Shown in pieces: positions 1 to 13,988 of a DNA stretch of 64,000 nt (position 1 is its first letter; each line of letters begins with the position of its first letter). Source of the stretch: Camelus ferus (taxonomy: Eukaryota); assembly GCF_009834535.1 (NCBI RefSeq), contig NC_045696.1, forward strand, positions 10,356,001-10,420,000, read 5' to 3'. The position numbers and the translations under genes were made by a program. The notes under the pieces are model-generated. The model was given only the letters and a program-made list of their open reading frames with translations. It searched no databases and was not told the DNA's origin.

Positions 1-37
1 TATTGTTAAGACAAAGAGCTGCAGAATGCAGAAATGA

Positions 38-235
<198 letters not shown>

Positions 236-487
236 TAACCCCACCTGGAGTAAAATTTAGTTTAATTATTCAGTTAGCATGGAGATAAAACTCTACGCAA
301 AGGTTTATAAGTTGTTTAATAAAACTTGGTAGGGTCATTGAGTGCAGTGGGATAACCATGTTAGGAAATCCAGGCCACTGACAGAGACCAGGTAACTCAG
401 CCATCTCTGGAGGTTCTGATTTCCTTCCTTCCGGCTCTATGCTAGAGACCTGTTTACTGACTGGTGGTAAAAGTGAGAAGCCTGTAC

Positions 488-800
488 AGATCCACAGCCC
501 CTTCTACACTGTTCTAAAATCCATAAAGTGTTGAAGGTCGAGTTTTTCATAACCAGTTTGGCAGCAAAACCTGGCCTCAATTGACCCGGGGCTCTTTATG
601 GTCTTTATTTCATATGATAAGTATTCACATATTTTCTTAGAGGAATGTGGTTGTATTTGATTATGGGATGCTCGTCCAAACTCAGTTGGGGGTGCTATGT
701 GATATTATACCCTTTGTTACCATTCTTAAATCTGAAAAATTCTGAGTTCCAAAACATGCCTTGCCCCAAGGGTTTCAAGGCAAGGCGTTATGAACCCTAG
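488..800 (-). mobile_element. MER46C-like TcMar-Tigger non-autonomous DNA transposon
   Basis: Resembles recalled MER46C consensus (cagatccacagcccctt...aatctgaaaaattctgagttccaaaaca...ccccaagggtttc). A related copy lies at ~59804-60093. Confidence 0.6.
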
Positions 801-1382
801 TATCTTTTGTTCTATTAATACCTCTTCTTTCCAACCCCAGCGTGTAATTGTTCAGTGCTAGGTACAAGGGGGAGTTTTTTTAAGGGTAAGACTGAAGGTG
901 TGTGTAGCCTTCATGCAGAAACTTGCTACAGTGGAGAGAGCTCTCTGTGCACCATTCTGAGCTTTGCAACTGTTCCAGTCACGACAGCTTTCCATCCAGG
1001 TTGGGGCTGAAAAGCAGAAGTGGAGGAATCAGAAGACGCTGTTGCACTGGCTCTCTCCCTTCACGCCACAGACGTGAATCAGTTTCAGATAACAGTTTAC
1101 TCGCCTTCTGATACCTCTGTCTCTGGAATCTTTGTCACTCTGCTTAACTGTCACATCTCTTTGTCCTGATTCACAGCTGGCCTTTTACTATCTTGATATG
1201 ATGAGTATAAGATCTTTGGAACACCTTTGTCTTTTGTACAAAATAAGTCAGTACAAGAGGACAGTCGTTGGCTAATGTTTAGTACCACTCATCATATATA
1301 TCTAAAATATATTATTTTAGTTAATTAAAAATACTAACGGAGCAGACAGTTCTAGTATGAAGCTCATTTGAAAGTGCTTTTT

Positions 1383-1628
1383 TAAAAACAGCTTTATTAA
1401 GATATAATATGCATGTCATGTAAATCACCCATTTAAAGTGTACAGTTCAATGCTTGGTATAGTCACAGAGTTGTGCTACCATCACCATAATCCAACTTTA
1501 GAACACTTTTATTACCCCAAAAAGAAACTTCTTACCCATTAGCTATCACTCCTCATTACCCTTTGCCAGCCCTAGGCAACAACTAATCTACTTTCTGTAG
1601 ATTTGCCTGTTTCTAAATGGAATCATAT
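1383..1628 (-). mobile_element. Old L1 (L1MB/MC-like) 3' fragment
   Basis: Typical L1M 3' UTR text: acagctttattaagatataa...atttaaagtgtacagttca...ccagccctaggcaacaactaatctactttctgt. Confidence 0.7.
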
Positions 1629-2009
1629 CGGGAAGGACATTTTAAGCTCATTTTATCCCTGACTCTAAGAAGGGTGGGTTGCTGTTATTAGTTTCCTTGG
1701 AAAGTCTGCATACGTACATGAAGCAACATGTGAAACTTTCTAGTTTCCATTATGAAATCAGGAATAAATGATCATTCCTGAAAGGTATGTAGGGAAGTAT
1801 TAAGTTTGTAAAGGTTATACACGCATTGGTTGATCTTAATCTTTGAAGAACTAGTACATATTGAGGAATTTCTCAATTACGGGTCTCATCTTCATATTTC
1901 TACAGCATTGCTCATTATATACACTTTTCAGTTTGTAAACTGAATATACTTAGAGCATTTCTAACAAGTATTTCAAATCTTTTGCTGTGCAGATTTTCTG
2001 GAATCATAA

Positions 2010-2245
2010 CAGCAGCTAGTGTTTACATAGCACTTTATGGGCCGCGTACTGTTCTAGGCACTATGCATAGTCCACATTTATCGCGCTCTGGGGCAGGTGC
2101 TATTACAATGTCCGTTTTACCAGTGAGGAAACTAAGGCATAATGAGGTGAAATAATCTGCCCATGGTCATACGTTTAGTCAGTGGTAGAGTTAGGATTCA
2201 GATCCAGGGTGTATGACTCAAACTTGGAGCTTTTAAGCATGCAGC
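2010..2245 (-). repeat. MIR SINE
   Basis: MIR core: ttttaccagtgaggaaactaaggca...gaggtgaaataatctgcccatggtca...ggattcagatccagg. Confidence 0.65.
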
Positions 2246-2528
2246 TCTATTGTTTGCTGTGTGATATCCAAAGCTACAAATTGAGCATTTCTTCATCCTA
2301 TCTAGTATTTTTAAACAACATTTATAGTTTTATTAACTATCCATAAAAATATAAGTCATTTCCAGTTTTTTCTTTTTCTTCCTATGAAGATAGTACCTGT
2401 CTCCCCAGGAGAACATGATGATAAATTACAATTCTTTTTATATATGTCAGATTTGCACAATAAAATTCCTGAATTCATGAAAGAAAATAAATGAACAGAC
2501 TCTTAAATCATCAAGAATTTAATTTGTA

Positions 2529-2612
2529 GGGGGAAGATACAGCTCAGTAGTAGAGTGCGTGCTTAGCATGCACAAGGTCCAGGGTTCAATCCCCAGTACC
2601 TTTGTTAAAAAA
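2529..2612 (+). mobile_element. Vic-1-type tRNA-derived SINE
   Basis: ggggaagatacagctcagtagtagagtgcgtgcttagcatgcacaaggtccagggttcaatccccagtacc, with A/B boxes, A-rich tail and degenerate flanking repeat tttaat(t/g)tgta. Confidence 0.85.
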
Positions 2613-2963
2613 TTGTTTTAATGTGTACCTGTGTGACATTGTGTATTTCTGTATTGGCCACAGGACACGGAGGTATGAGCTGCTGCTTCCTTAGCAGTTT
2701 CCATGCAGCTCAAACCATAGCAACTACTTTAGATAAAAGGAGAACCTGATAAATTCATTGTCTTTTATCCGAGTGACAGCAATCCTTCCTTTTGGGAGAA
2801 TGAGACCGGCATTTTCTCATTTCAGTTTCTTCGTGGATTTCTTAGAGTTAATGAATAACCACAGCATTTTGTAGTGTACAGAGCATGTCATTGTGAATGG
2901 CACAAAGACTTTGTGACTGCCATTTGCCTTTTGTGATCTTCTGATCTGTTTTACTTTGTGCAG

Positions 2964-3021
2964 ATACTGATGTTTATCCAGGACTAGCTGTGTTTTTTCA
3001 AAATGCACTTATATTTTTTAG
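2964..3021 (+). CDS. TMEM50B: TMEM50B coding exon (58 nt)
   Basis: tttgtgcag|AT...TTTAG|gtaagt. Translates (N)TDVYPGLAVFFQNALIFF(S); phases fit the flanking exons. Confidence 0.96.
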
Positions 3022-3764
3022 GTAAGTTGCCTAATTTCTTACTTAGACCTATACTTTTACAGAAATGTCATCTTTATTGTAAGGGCAGCATGTGCAATGG
3101 GACATGTAAAATCCCTTGGATTAGTTACAATGTGTAGAACTTCTTTTAAAAGGTGAAAATTCTACAGTTGCATAGAAGCATACACAAGCGTTTAAGTGGG
3201 GCCCTGCTATGTGCCAAGACCTCAGCTGGATGTTACCAGCTGAGATCTTGTTACCTTTTACATGCCCATTTAATTATCTTAAGTATATAACCCAGATGGT
3301 GTTCCTGTTTTGTAGATGAGGAAATAAGACTCAGAGCATAATTTAAGGACACCTAGCTAGCAAATCCAGAACAGGGATTTGAACCCAGACTGCTGCTTCC
3401 ATAACCTGTGTTTTATTAAGAAACCATATCATGTACCTTTAATAAAAAAAGAAACAAAGAAAGGAAGTTAGAATTAATACATAGTATGCACATCATATAT
3501 AAAACTTGGTTGGGGAATTAGATTTTTTGATTAGGTTTTTAAGATAACTTAAAAGTATAAAAATAAAACAATATTAAAAGTATTTTTGGGGGGCAGTCTT
3601 CTAAAAAGCTTCCAAAGTGAAGCCTGTATCCTATACTTTTCAGAATGAAATGTCTTTTAATGTAAAGATAGGTATTTTAGGCATCATTTATGAAAATTAT
3701 ATCCCCTACCCCCCACCCCACCCACAAAAGTATTAAGATCTAAGCATTGAAGAACTTTGTTTTG

Positions 3765-4840
3765 TCGCTGGTTTTAAGCAGTTTGATTATGATGTGCTAT
3801 GGTGTAGTTTTCTTCAGATTTCTGCTTGGGGCTCATTGAGTTTCTTAGATCTGTGGATTTATAGTTATCATCAAATTGGGAATCTTTTCAGCCATTATTT
3901 CTTCAAATATTTTTTCTGCCCACCCTGCCCTTCTGGGATTCCAGTTACATGTGTATTAGACTGTTTGAAGTTGTCCCACAGCGCACTGATGCTTGCTTCT
4001 CGTTTTTGTCGTGTGTGTTTCACGTGGGATGGTTTCCATTGTTGTATCTGCAGGTTCACTAATCTCTGCTTCTGTCGTATCTCATACACTGTTACTCCCA
4101 TCTGGTGTGTTTTTCATCTGAGACATTGTATTTTTCATCTATGTTAGTGTAATTTAGGTCTTTGTTTTTACATTCTCCACATCTCTCTCTAACATGCTTC
4201 CCTCTACCTCCTTGAACATATGAAGTATGTGTGTAACCATTTCAGTGTCCTTGCCTGATTGTGTCAATTCTGAGTCTGTTCCTATTGACTATTTTTATTT
4301 TCTTTCCATTTTGGGTCTCTTTTCCCCTATTTGTGTTCTTTGCATGCAGCTGGTTGGGGGCTGGACTTTTTGGTATTTCTTTAAACGTTTTTGAGCTTTG
4401 TTCTGGATGCAATCCAGTCACTGGGAAACAGCTTGATCCTTTTGAGTCTTGCTTTTAAGCTTCATAAGGCAGGACCAGAGCAGCTTTAGACGAGGGTTGC
4501 ATGTCCCCCTTACTGAGGCAGTTACACTTCTGAGTACTCTTTCCGATGCTCCATGTATTCTGAGGCTTTCTACTCTGCTTTATGAGATTGTGAAGTCTTC
4601 CCAGCCCTGTGGGAGCTCTGGGAGTTGTTCTTTCCAAAGGTTCCTTCCCTTTTCTTGGGGAGTTTCCTCACATGCATCTACTATCAGTACTTGACAGAAG
4701 ACTCAGGGGGGACCCCTGCAGACCTCCGGGGCTCCCTCTCTCCGGCTCTCTGTACTCTGCCTTGCAGACTCTAGCCCTGAACTCTCAACTGTTTCCTCAG
4801 CTCGCCGTGCTCTGCCTGGGTTTCCTCTTACTGCACTGTG
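3765..4840 (-). mobile_element. Degenerate old L1 (ORF1/5' region remnant)
   Basis: The - strand ORF 3895-4101 contains LWDNFKQSNTHVTGIPEG, resembling the L1 ORF1p motif LWDxxKRxNIxIIGVPE. Boundaries approximate. Confidence 0.65.
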
Positions 4841-5489
4841 GCCTGGACACTTTTGGTTTTGAAAGATGTTTGATGGTTTCTGCTATCTTGTGATTGTATT
4901 TCTTGGCAAGTGGCTGACAACCTTCTGGGAATACAGTGAGTTTTCATGAAGACATCTTAGGCACTGTTTAGAGATCAAATTTAAGTTCAGATTCAGCCCT
5001 TTATAGTGGTAGATGAGTCCATATAAATGATAGTTGGATGAACAGTCTAAAGGCCTGTGCTCACGTGGACAGTGACTGCCGACCACATCAACTGTGTGCT
5101 CTGCCCAGAGGCTGGCAAGTTATCCAGCCAGCTGTATACAGCTCCTGCTTCTCTGGCTGCTCTGCCTCTGTTTCCTTTGCAAGCTGATCCTCCACCCACT
5201 AACTTCTGGAGTTTCTTAAGGTTCTGTCCTAGGCCCCTTCTTGACTCATTCTCTCTCTCCAGGTGAGCTCCTTTATCTTAAGACTTCAGTTGTTGCCTAC
5301 ATGCCATTGAGGCACAGATGTCTGTCTCCACGGCTAAACCACGTGTCTGGATTCTTACTTATACCCTCTCAGGTGGCTGACGTTTTAAACCCAAGCCATC
5401 CAACATACCCACAACTCAACTCAGGGTCCCAGAGTGTCCCACCTCCGCGCCTCTCCTCCTTCCCCTATGCTTTGCCGAGGTGATTCCCA

Positions 5490-5770
5490 CTCTTCTTTTA
5501 GATCTCAGTTCGGTCACCACTTCCTCAGGAAAACTGTCTTGCCCCCTCGAACTAGGTCAGATCCTTGTATTTCCCTCTCTTGGTGCCATGTGCTTTGCCT
5601 TTAGAGCATGTCTTTGAGTTGGGATTTGATTGTCTCCTTCATTGGACTCTTAGCTCCGTTAATGTGCACATTTGTCTTGTTTTGGTTCACAGTCACCTTT
5701 CTAGTGCTTAGCTAGGTGCCTGGTGCCTAGCCAGTACTTAGTTATGATAATTATTTGTTAAATGAATGAA
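5490..5770 (+). repeat. L2 LINE 3' end
   Basis: tcaccacttcctcaggaaaact...ctagtgcttagctaggtgcctgg...ttatttgttaaatgaatgaa (L2 3' terminus). Confidence 0.6.
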
Positions 5771-6131
5771 GAATGGCAGCATGGTCTGTTTTAGGATTCT
5801 TCAGTTTTTGTAAGTCAGATACTGTAGAATCCTAGAGATGTGAGTGGCCCTAATGCCAACCACTATGAGAAATGCCCCCTTTCCTTACAAGTATCCTATC
5901 TAATAACTTTCTAGACTTTAAGAAAGGATATTTAATTAAACTTAGCCATCAAGGTCAGCAAACGGCTTTAAAAAACAAGCAAATTCAGACCAACACCACC
6001 ACAATCTTTAATTTTAGAAATTGATACAAAAGGGATCAGTGAGGTACCCAGCAAAACATATTTAGAAAATAAATTCTCTGTTGCTTGTTCTGTGTGATTT
6101 TTCCTCCTAATTTATTTTAATATCTTTCTAG

Positions 6132-6177
6132 CACTCTGATCTACAAATTTGGAAGAACTGAAGAGCTATGGACCTGA
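6132..6177 (+). CDS. TMEM50B: TMEM50B last coding exon (coding part)
   Basis: ctttctag|C ACT CTG ATC TAC AAA TTT GGA AGA ACT GAA GAG CTA TGG ACC TGA = (S)TLIYKFGRTEELWT*, the TMEM50B C-terminus. Confidence 0.96.
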
Positions 6178-7600
6178 GATCACTTTTCAAATCACATTTT
6201 CCTTTTGTTATATTCTATTTGTAGATAAGTTTTTATCTCTCAATATAATTTACACATTGCCAAATGGAATAGATTGTACATTAAATGTTTTGTTTCTTTA
6301 CACTTTTATGCTCTAAGTTTTGAGATAGTTTTATGAAATTTCTGTCCTTTTTTTCATTGAATAGATTATTAATATGTACATAAGACTATATAGATGGGAT
6401 GATGAGTGTCAGTTTTTTATTCTTAAAGACTTCAAGTTTAGTCTGTTCCCTGAGCCAGAGTTGTATCATCATATCATTTTAGAGTTAACTACTTTGTCTC
6501 AGTATCTCTAATTTTCAAAGATGTGCAAAGAACACAGCTCCTTATAGCTGAAATAAGCATTGAGCCATTAAAAAGGGTATTTCAGCAAGTTTTAATTTAT
6601 TTTGGCTTAAAAATGAGATTTTTTTAAAGGAAAAAAGTGTTTGTTCTTATGTATAAAAGAAGTGGACTTTTATATGAAGATTTTTTTAAATGCCTGAAGG
6701 ACTAGTTTGAAAGCCTCTTTTAAAAACAATTCCTCTAATATGACTTGATTTGTGAAGGGACGATACTTGAGCAGATAGGCTCAGTTTTGTATGGCTGGTG
6801 CAAGGAGACCGTAAGGCAGCTCAGCAGCATGCTTCTTAAAAAAGCAGCTTAAACCATCCATCCCCGGGGTTCTCTTTTGACAGCCTGCTATTATCTGACG
6901 TTACAAAATTCAGTATCAAGCAAATTTGAGACAAGTGCACTTTGAAAGCATGAACCATATAACAAAAGGTGGAATAATTAGTTTCAAGATAAAGCACTTC
7001 TTCCCAAAGCGGATTATTACAACCTAGTGAAAAAGTAGGCATTTCATCCACTTACTTACTGACTGCAAGTCTCTCTTCGCTCTGGCGCTCAAGCTTTAGG
7101 GTGAACTCTTCCTGCAAAATACATGTTTAACCTGAAAGTTCATACTCCAGGCAGAAACTTCTGCTGAGTTTGGAACACTGTGTTTGCACTGTGTGTATTC
7201 CCGTGAGAGATTTCAAAGGGACCACTGGGTCTTTAGCTCTACTTTTCCTTTCCTTTGTTACACAGGTTTTGTGTTGCACTTTTTTTCTCCAGAGAGATTT
7301 TTCTAGAGCCTTTTGCTGTCAGACAGAATAATATCAACGGTATTATATGCAGCTTCTAATATAAGCCTTATTTTGCTTAACGTCTGTTCTCCCTGAGGAC
7401 TTAGTGTGCACAGAGTATGAAGCGGCTGTGGAATGCTGTGCCTTTGTCTGGATACCGTCCTGTTCAGTTACTTCTTTCTCTGTTGTGTTTTTTCCTCAGA
7501 ATGTCGGTAAACTCTGTCTTGCTTCCAACAGATTGTAAGACTAATTACTTGTTTCCATTCCCTTGTAACCTGTTGCAATAAATACTACTTCTCAAACGTT
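6178..7600 (+). other. TMEM50B: TMEM50B 3' UTR (end approximate)
   Basis: AT-rich, repeat-free sequence after the stop, running up to AATAAA at 7577-7582. Confidence 0.6.
7577..7582 (+). terminator. Candidate TMEM50B polyadenylation signal AATAAA
   Basis: gttgcAATAAAtactac. Alternative ATTAAA sites at 6280-6285 and 7691-7696. Confidence 0.55.
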
Positions 7601-9099
7601 CTAATATTGTTAAATCTGTTGGAGAAAATGAACCATAAAATTTGGTTTGCTGTTCATTTTTCAGTTCTTCAAGTCGACCTGGTCAACTTTATTAAATAAG
7701 GAGAATTATACTCAGGTTTGTAAAATACTAACGGGAAGGCTAGGAAGGGCCTCCAGAAGGCTGACTACAGATAGTGGCTGGTTTTTCTACTCTTGACTCT
7801 GCCACAAATTTGTTTTTTAACTGTGAGCAAATCCCTTAATTTCCCTGTTTCCTCATTTTTAGGAAAAAAGGAGACAATTTTAGTATCCACTCTTAACAGA
7901 CTTTGTGAGTTAGAATATCTGAGTCCCTCATAATCATTTAAAAATGAATGTGATTCCCATAATATAAAGGTTTCCCTGTTACACAGACTCAGGGCTGTTG
8001 AATCTGAGTATCTTTTGGTGTTCATTGTGTAGACGAGTACTAACCAGAGCATTGTTTTATTGATTACACTGTTTCTAAGATCCTCATTGTATACTTTGTG
8101 TTATTGCCTCAGAGGCTAGGTTTTTCCATTATATACATTTTTGACATGTATCAACCTAATGAAGTAGCAGGATTTAAGACTCCGATCAATGCCATGTCAC
8201 ATTTGCTTCTTGAGCAAGAGCCCAGGAGTGTTTGACAGAGATGCTTGAGCTCAGGTTCTCTACATTTTTCTACAATGGGATGGTTTTCAATCATAATGTC
8301 AACTCGGGACCCCCCCGCCCATTGCTCCATTTTATACTTAATTACCCCATATCTGATAATCTCTGCCGATCTTAGAGATTTATCCAAGTTTTTTCCTGTA
8401 CTCTCCTGTCATCACACTCTCATTTTGATTCTGTTTAAAGTTTATAAAAGCTTGAGGCTAGTGTTTGACATTTTAAATCTCAAATAACAACCTGTTAAAT
8501 CCTGAGAGAGAAACATCTAATGCTAATTTTATTCTGCTCTAAACAATTAGACACATTTTGTTTTTAACAGCCTGTGCTGTTATTTCAGAGCAGTCTCTTC
8601 ACGGTATCATCTGTTCAGACTGGAAGGACTGAAGTAGGAACTACTTGAAGTAGAAATTATTACTTTGGTCCCTTTGCTGATCATTTTTCTTATTTCTTTG
8701 ACTGAAAACAAAGGAATAGCCTAAAGTGATTGATAGGCTCAGTGCTTTTCCGAAGAATTACTGAGGAAAATCAACATGCTCACTTAATCCTGGAGGAGTT
8801 CTTTACCTTGAGGGAATTGTGGCACAAATTTTGTTTTCACAACCCACCCCCATTTCCCTAAAAATAGTCTTTATTATATTTGCATTTTATTAAAAACAAA
8901 GTTTATATTTACAGCCTGGTTCTTCGATATCTAAAGACAGTATCACTTTTCTTACCCTCCTCTCCCCTCAGCTGCATCATGACCAAGCCCCAGATGTTTT
9001 CCCCACCTCTTCTGTTCCCTGCCCTGATACCTTAGGCTTTTGAGCTTTCCGAATACAATCAATTCCCACAATAGGTAGGTTCTTTGGAGCCTCCCCACC

Positions 9100-9605
9100 C
9101 TGAATTAGCGAATTCTGAATCATTGCTCCTGGGGGACACGCTGGGTTAGGTGAGCCTTCGGCCACAATGTTTTCCTCAGCCATCAATACATAAGGTCGCT
9201 TCATGTGTGTTTCTGTTTAAAAACACCTCATTTAATATAGTTGATTCATTAACTTGAGCTCAGAGCCTCCCTATAACTTATGCCTGAAGGAAGCTTCTAA
9301 CTCATGCATTTTTTTCCATAAGGCCCATCCCCAGCCTTGGCCATTTTACACAGTGAAATCAGTGACAAGACACAAAAATGTGAAAAAAAGTGGCACAAAA
9401 TAGGCCAGGAAAAGGACACCTTACAGCTTGAGAGCTGAAATCATTGGGCGGAGCTTTGTCCCACCTCAGCTAGGAATCTGTGTCAGGCGTCTCCAGCTTC
9501 CCTTCTGGCACGTCCACAGATGACCAGGAAGTGCTGTATGGGTTGATTTTGGGAGTAACAAGTATTTTAGCAAGTAAATGAACTTGCAGACAACGAAGTT
9601 CAACT
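9100..9605 (-). mobile_element. MER82-like TcMar-Tigger DNA transposon
   Basis: Matches the reverse complement of recalled MER82: gaattagcgaat...cattgctcctgggg...tgtgtttctgtttaaa...tgagagctgaaa...cctcagct...attttagcaagta. Confidence 0.7.
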
Positions 9606-10909
9606 ACAGTTTATAAAGAACTCGGATTGGCCGTGTCTTCCTTTGGCACAGAGTCATTTTTTCATCAGCATTCCTGTCACGGCCCGCCGTGTTGCTTTCC
9701 TTGTTCAGTACTCTGCGGCCAGCTGAATCGTCGCGTTGCTGGGCGCGGTTTTCCGTGTCATTTTCTGTTCAGCACTGGTAGCTAACGTGTATTGAGAAGT
9801 TTCCGTGTCCTGTGTACTATCTGATTTCGCTCTCACTACTGGACGTAGGAACTTTAGCCATCCTTCCCTAGCCGCCCTAGCACATGGGTGTTCCTTTAGG
9901 AAAAAGTGTGCCCTGGTCACAGAAGCGTGGGACACCCTGGGCTGAACTAACTAAGTTAAAACTTTTTTTTTTGTTTCCTGTGAAGTGTTTTCTTAGAGCT
10001 TTGTATAAAATGTGTCTTGTATGGTTTTAGGAAGTGTTAATTCTGTGGTGTTTTCCATACTTGAGTCTTGGAAATTTATTTCTGGGAACACTTTGAGAAA
10101 TAAAATTTGGGGAAACTGCTGCTCTGTTGACTTCATAAAAATAGATAGAAGGCAGAGAATTAGCCAAAGGAGAGGGAAACTTAGGTGTGGATGTTGTGGC
10201 CTTAGGAAAAGCCAGTGGCCAGCCTGACATGGACAATAGAAATGCTGAGGCTGGAGGGAGGAGGAAGAGGATTTCCAGTAGCTTTGTTATTGGAGATTTC
10301 TGGTTTTGGAGTTGGTATTCTTGGGGGAAGATGAATTTACGTTTAGATCGGCGATTGGCTTCCTATTCCTGAATTCTGCCACTGCCACTTACTAGCTATG
10401 AAACCCTGAGGCTGTTTGTGTGTAAGTGTGGTTTGAGAATTAACATGAAGAAGTGCCTAATGGTACCTGGAAACAATAAGTGATCAGTAAATCTGAGCCC
10501 TTCTTTCCTTGGTGACTTTTTGGCTGAAGGGGTATTTCCCTTCCTCATCTGATGGCTTTTTAGCCTTTTGTCACAAGGTGGCGTGCTGCCTTTAAAAAGA
10601 AGTCTGGAGTTGGTTTGGAGCCTGCCAGTGCTTATTTTTTGTAGCCGACTTAAGACAGCTTAAGTCATTTTAAACGGGTTTTTAGATGATAATATATGCA
10701 TCTTCAATTTTTTAAGCTGCAGTAAATAGGATATTTTAAATTTCTGCAAGTGTGGCAGGACAAGCTTTCGACCACCATGGATCATGCCAGCGCATACATC
10801 ACCGGATCTTTGATTTGGGAGCACCCTCTCCAGGTGCCAAAAAGGGATTCGGTATGATGCTAAGTGTATTTACCTCCTGGTGTGCAGGTTGTGAATTTAC
10901 AGATTAATA

Positions 10910-11270
10910 TTTTATTTTGAAATAACTTCAGACATACAGGAAAGTTACAAAAAGTAGCTCAGAGAATTCCTGTATAACTTTTAGATTCCCCATATGTTAA
11001 CACTTTACCACACTTGCTTTGGTCTGTTTTTTCTGAGGCATTTGACCACATGCTGCAGACAAGATGCCTCTTTACCCTTGGATACTTTTGTGTATATTTC
11101 CCCGAGTCACAACTGGTGTACAGTACCAAAATTAGGAAGTTAATGTTGACGTGGTACTAAACACTTTATTCAAATTTTGCCAGGTAGCCCACTAATGTGC
11201 TTTCTATAGTAAAGAAAAATATATTTTTTTCTGTTCCAGAATCCACTGTAAAGTAGCTGTTTTTCTCTGT
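10910..11270 (-). mobile_element. Old L1 (L1MC/MD/ME-like) 3' fragment
   Basis: ttattttgaaataacttcagacatacaggaaagttacaaaa...agagaattcctgtata...gttaacactttaccaca. Confidence 0.55.
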
Positions 11271-11737
11271 AATTATTAAAGTACCTTGCAGAAGAGAGAC
11301 TGATTAATAAATCAAATAGAACAAATTCTTTGTATTTTCTTACTAACAGCATTCTGTAGACTTGCACTAAAGTGGCCCTGTGATATGACAGGTGTGTGAC
11401 AAATTGTAATCTTTACCTTACAGTCATAAATGCTTCTCGTCTGGTTGAAGAAAAACCCAGATGCCAGGGGAGGGGGAGGAATTAACCTCATCCTGAAATC
11501 TGCCTGTTTTCATTCCCTTCCAGCCCAGTGTCTCTTGGGCCAGAGCACTGAGCTTTCCTTTTGTATAAAATTTGTGATATTATTTCATTATAAAAAGGAA
11601 TATTCTCTAGAAAATGGCTGGAAAATAGTAGAAAAAAGTCATTCACATTACTGTCTTAAAGTCTACTAGTGGCTTTTTGGTGTATAAGTTTTAAATCTGA
11701 TTTTGCAAGTTAGCACGGAAACCTCACCATTAATTTT

Positions 11738-11877
11738 TGTTTGTTTTTTGGGGAGAGATAGTTTTTAAAACTTATATATATATATATATATTTTTTTTTA
11801 ACAGAAGTACTGGGGATCGAACTCAGGACTTCGTGCATACTAAGCATGCTCTCCTCACTGAGCTATACCCTCCGCTG
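11738..11877 (-). mobile_element. Vic-1-type SINE with 14-bp TSD
   Basis: gtactggggatcgaactcaggac...ctgagctataccctcc. TSD tcaccattaatttt at 11724-11737 and 11878-11891. (TA)n in the tail. Confidence 0.88.
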
Positions 11878-13387
11878 TCACCATTAATTTTGACAGTCGT
11901 TCATGAAGAAATTCTGTCTCAAAGGAATCAAATACATTTGTATTCTGTGTGTGTAAAGGGCACTCCTGGGTTTGTGCAGTGCACAACTTATGCAAATGAA
12001 TGCATGGCCCTGACTGTTGGTGCTATGTACACCTTTTAGTTGTAGCCTAGGGCTGGGTACTTGAGAATTGTTCAGGGGAATACTTGCAGGTACACACAGT
12101 CATACTAAGGTTCACAGCAGAAAGGAACTAATGAAAAAAAATTGGTTGAATTGATTAACTGAATTTTATGCCAAGCCCTTAGCCTGCCCATTCGCAAGGA
12201 CCTTGGGGTCTGTCTGGGCTCATCGGCTCTTGGAGGGCTTAGGTCTTCTCTTACGCTCTCAACTACAAAAGGTATACTTATTATCCACAGAGGTGATATC
12301 AAATAGTTCTATTCACCTGAATGCAAAAATGAAACAAGTCCAATTTATACTCATATTCATTATAAATTGTTATACACATCACTATTTAATTACAAGGAAA
12401 AAGTAGCTAATATCCTTTGCAAGTGATTATGTTTTAACTAGGAGTATGTATGTAAAGAAACCCTGGGGTCTGCCTCTCCCCTGTTTTCAATAATTGGGGG
12501 GCCCAGAGAAGCCCCTCCTGCCTGTATTTCTGCACTAGGATTAAATTTTAGGCAGGCATCGTCCTCCGTCTTCCTAGAGTGCTGGCGAATGTACTGACCC
12601 GAGCCCTCCCCGGAGCCAAGTGCTGCTCCAAGTACCCACTCTGACCAGTTTCCGCGCCCTCACGATGCAGCTGGCCACCTTCCCTCATCACAAGCTGAAG
12701 GCAAGGAGGAGGAAGTCACTTTTCCTATATTCCCATCAGAGAGCCAAGGGGCTCCGTGAAGAGCAGGAGGTCTGACTGCACCACATGAAGATGCCTCGCT
12801 CACCAAACAGTAAGGACGGTTTCGGATGTTCTCATCTAAACCACGGGCTTTCTGACATACAGCAGATTCATTTTGGGGCGCTCTGGGGCACCTGAGAGAT
12901 GAGCGGCTGTTTTCTAGCAGCAGAAAGCAGCATACCTAGTGACTATGCAGGCTTTTTAAAAACACTATAGACAGAAATAAGTGATGGTAAATGAAATAAA
13001 AGTCACAAAGGCAGATGCCCCAAGCATGGGCTAGGACCTGAGCTGTTCTTCACGCTGGCGATTTCAGGGTGAGATGGCAGCAGACATTTCTCCAGTTACG
13101 ATACATCAGCCGGCGCCCAACAGACACGGAGGACAGCCTCCTTTCTCTGCCCCTACCCCGCCTCCATCGCCTGCCTGGGGACCTCCCTTCCCCACCCCCA
13201 CGCCCATCAGCTCCTCACCCTGTTGGCCTTGGCCTCATCGGGAACAAGAGGGGCTCGCCCAGCCGCTTCCTCTCCCAGGGCACTGAGGTCCCGCCTGCAA
13301 CTGCACGGCTGAGCACTGCGGAGCCCCCAGGGGGCGCTATTCACAGTGCGGGCGCAGGAGATCGTGCGTTCACTTAAAAAGAAAATT

Positions 13388-13566
13388 GGTGGTAAACAAT
13401 AAGGTCCTACTGTATAGCACAGGGAACTATATTCACCGTCTTGTAGTAACCCATAATGAAAAAGAATATGAAAAAAAATATGTATAATTGAATCACCATA
13501 CTGTAAACCAGAGACTAACACAGCATTGTAAATCAACTATACTTCAATTTAAAAAATATAATAATT
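13388..13566 (+). mobile_element. Lineage-specific L1 3' end, 5'-truncated
   Basis: ggtcctactgtatagcacagggaactatattca...aactatacttcaatttaaaaaa. TSD ttaaaaagaaaatt at 13374-13387 and 13567-13580. Confidence 0.85.
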
Positions 13567-13988
13567 TTAAAAAGAAAATTCATAGTACAAAGCAAAATGT
13601 CTTGAAAGACGGACGTCTTCATCTAATTCACACAGCAGTACCTTATGGGCCAGCAGTGGCTTTGATCCAGATAATCCATCATCTCAGGGCGACCTATTCT
13701 TCACCCAGGACCCACTTTCCTCCATTGACCAGCATACTACAAAGCTCCGTATCTAGCCTTCCCTAGTCCTCGTCCATAACGTGCTTTATAGAATACATGC
13801 AAGAATTAAAACACTCCTCCTCCCGTGTAATATATGACTCTCGAATTAGACAGTCTCAATATCAAATGGGGTCTTTTAATAAACTTCTGTAACCAAATAA
13901 ACCTAAATAGTGGGAGGGGGTCTGTTTTCTCCTATACAATGTTATGGAAATTCTTTTTTCTCCTGTACAATGAACATATTGCATAGAT

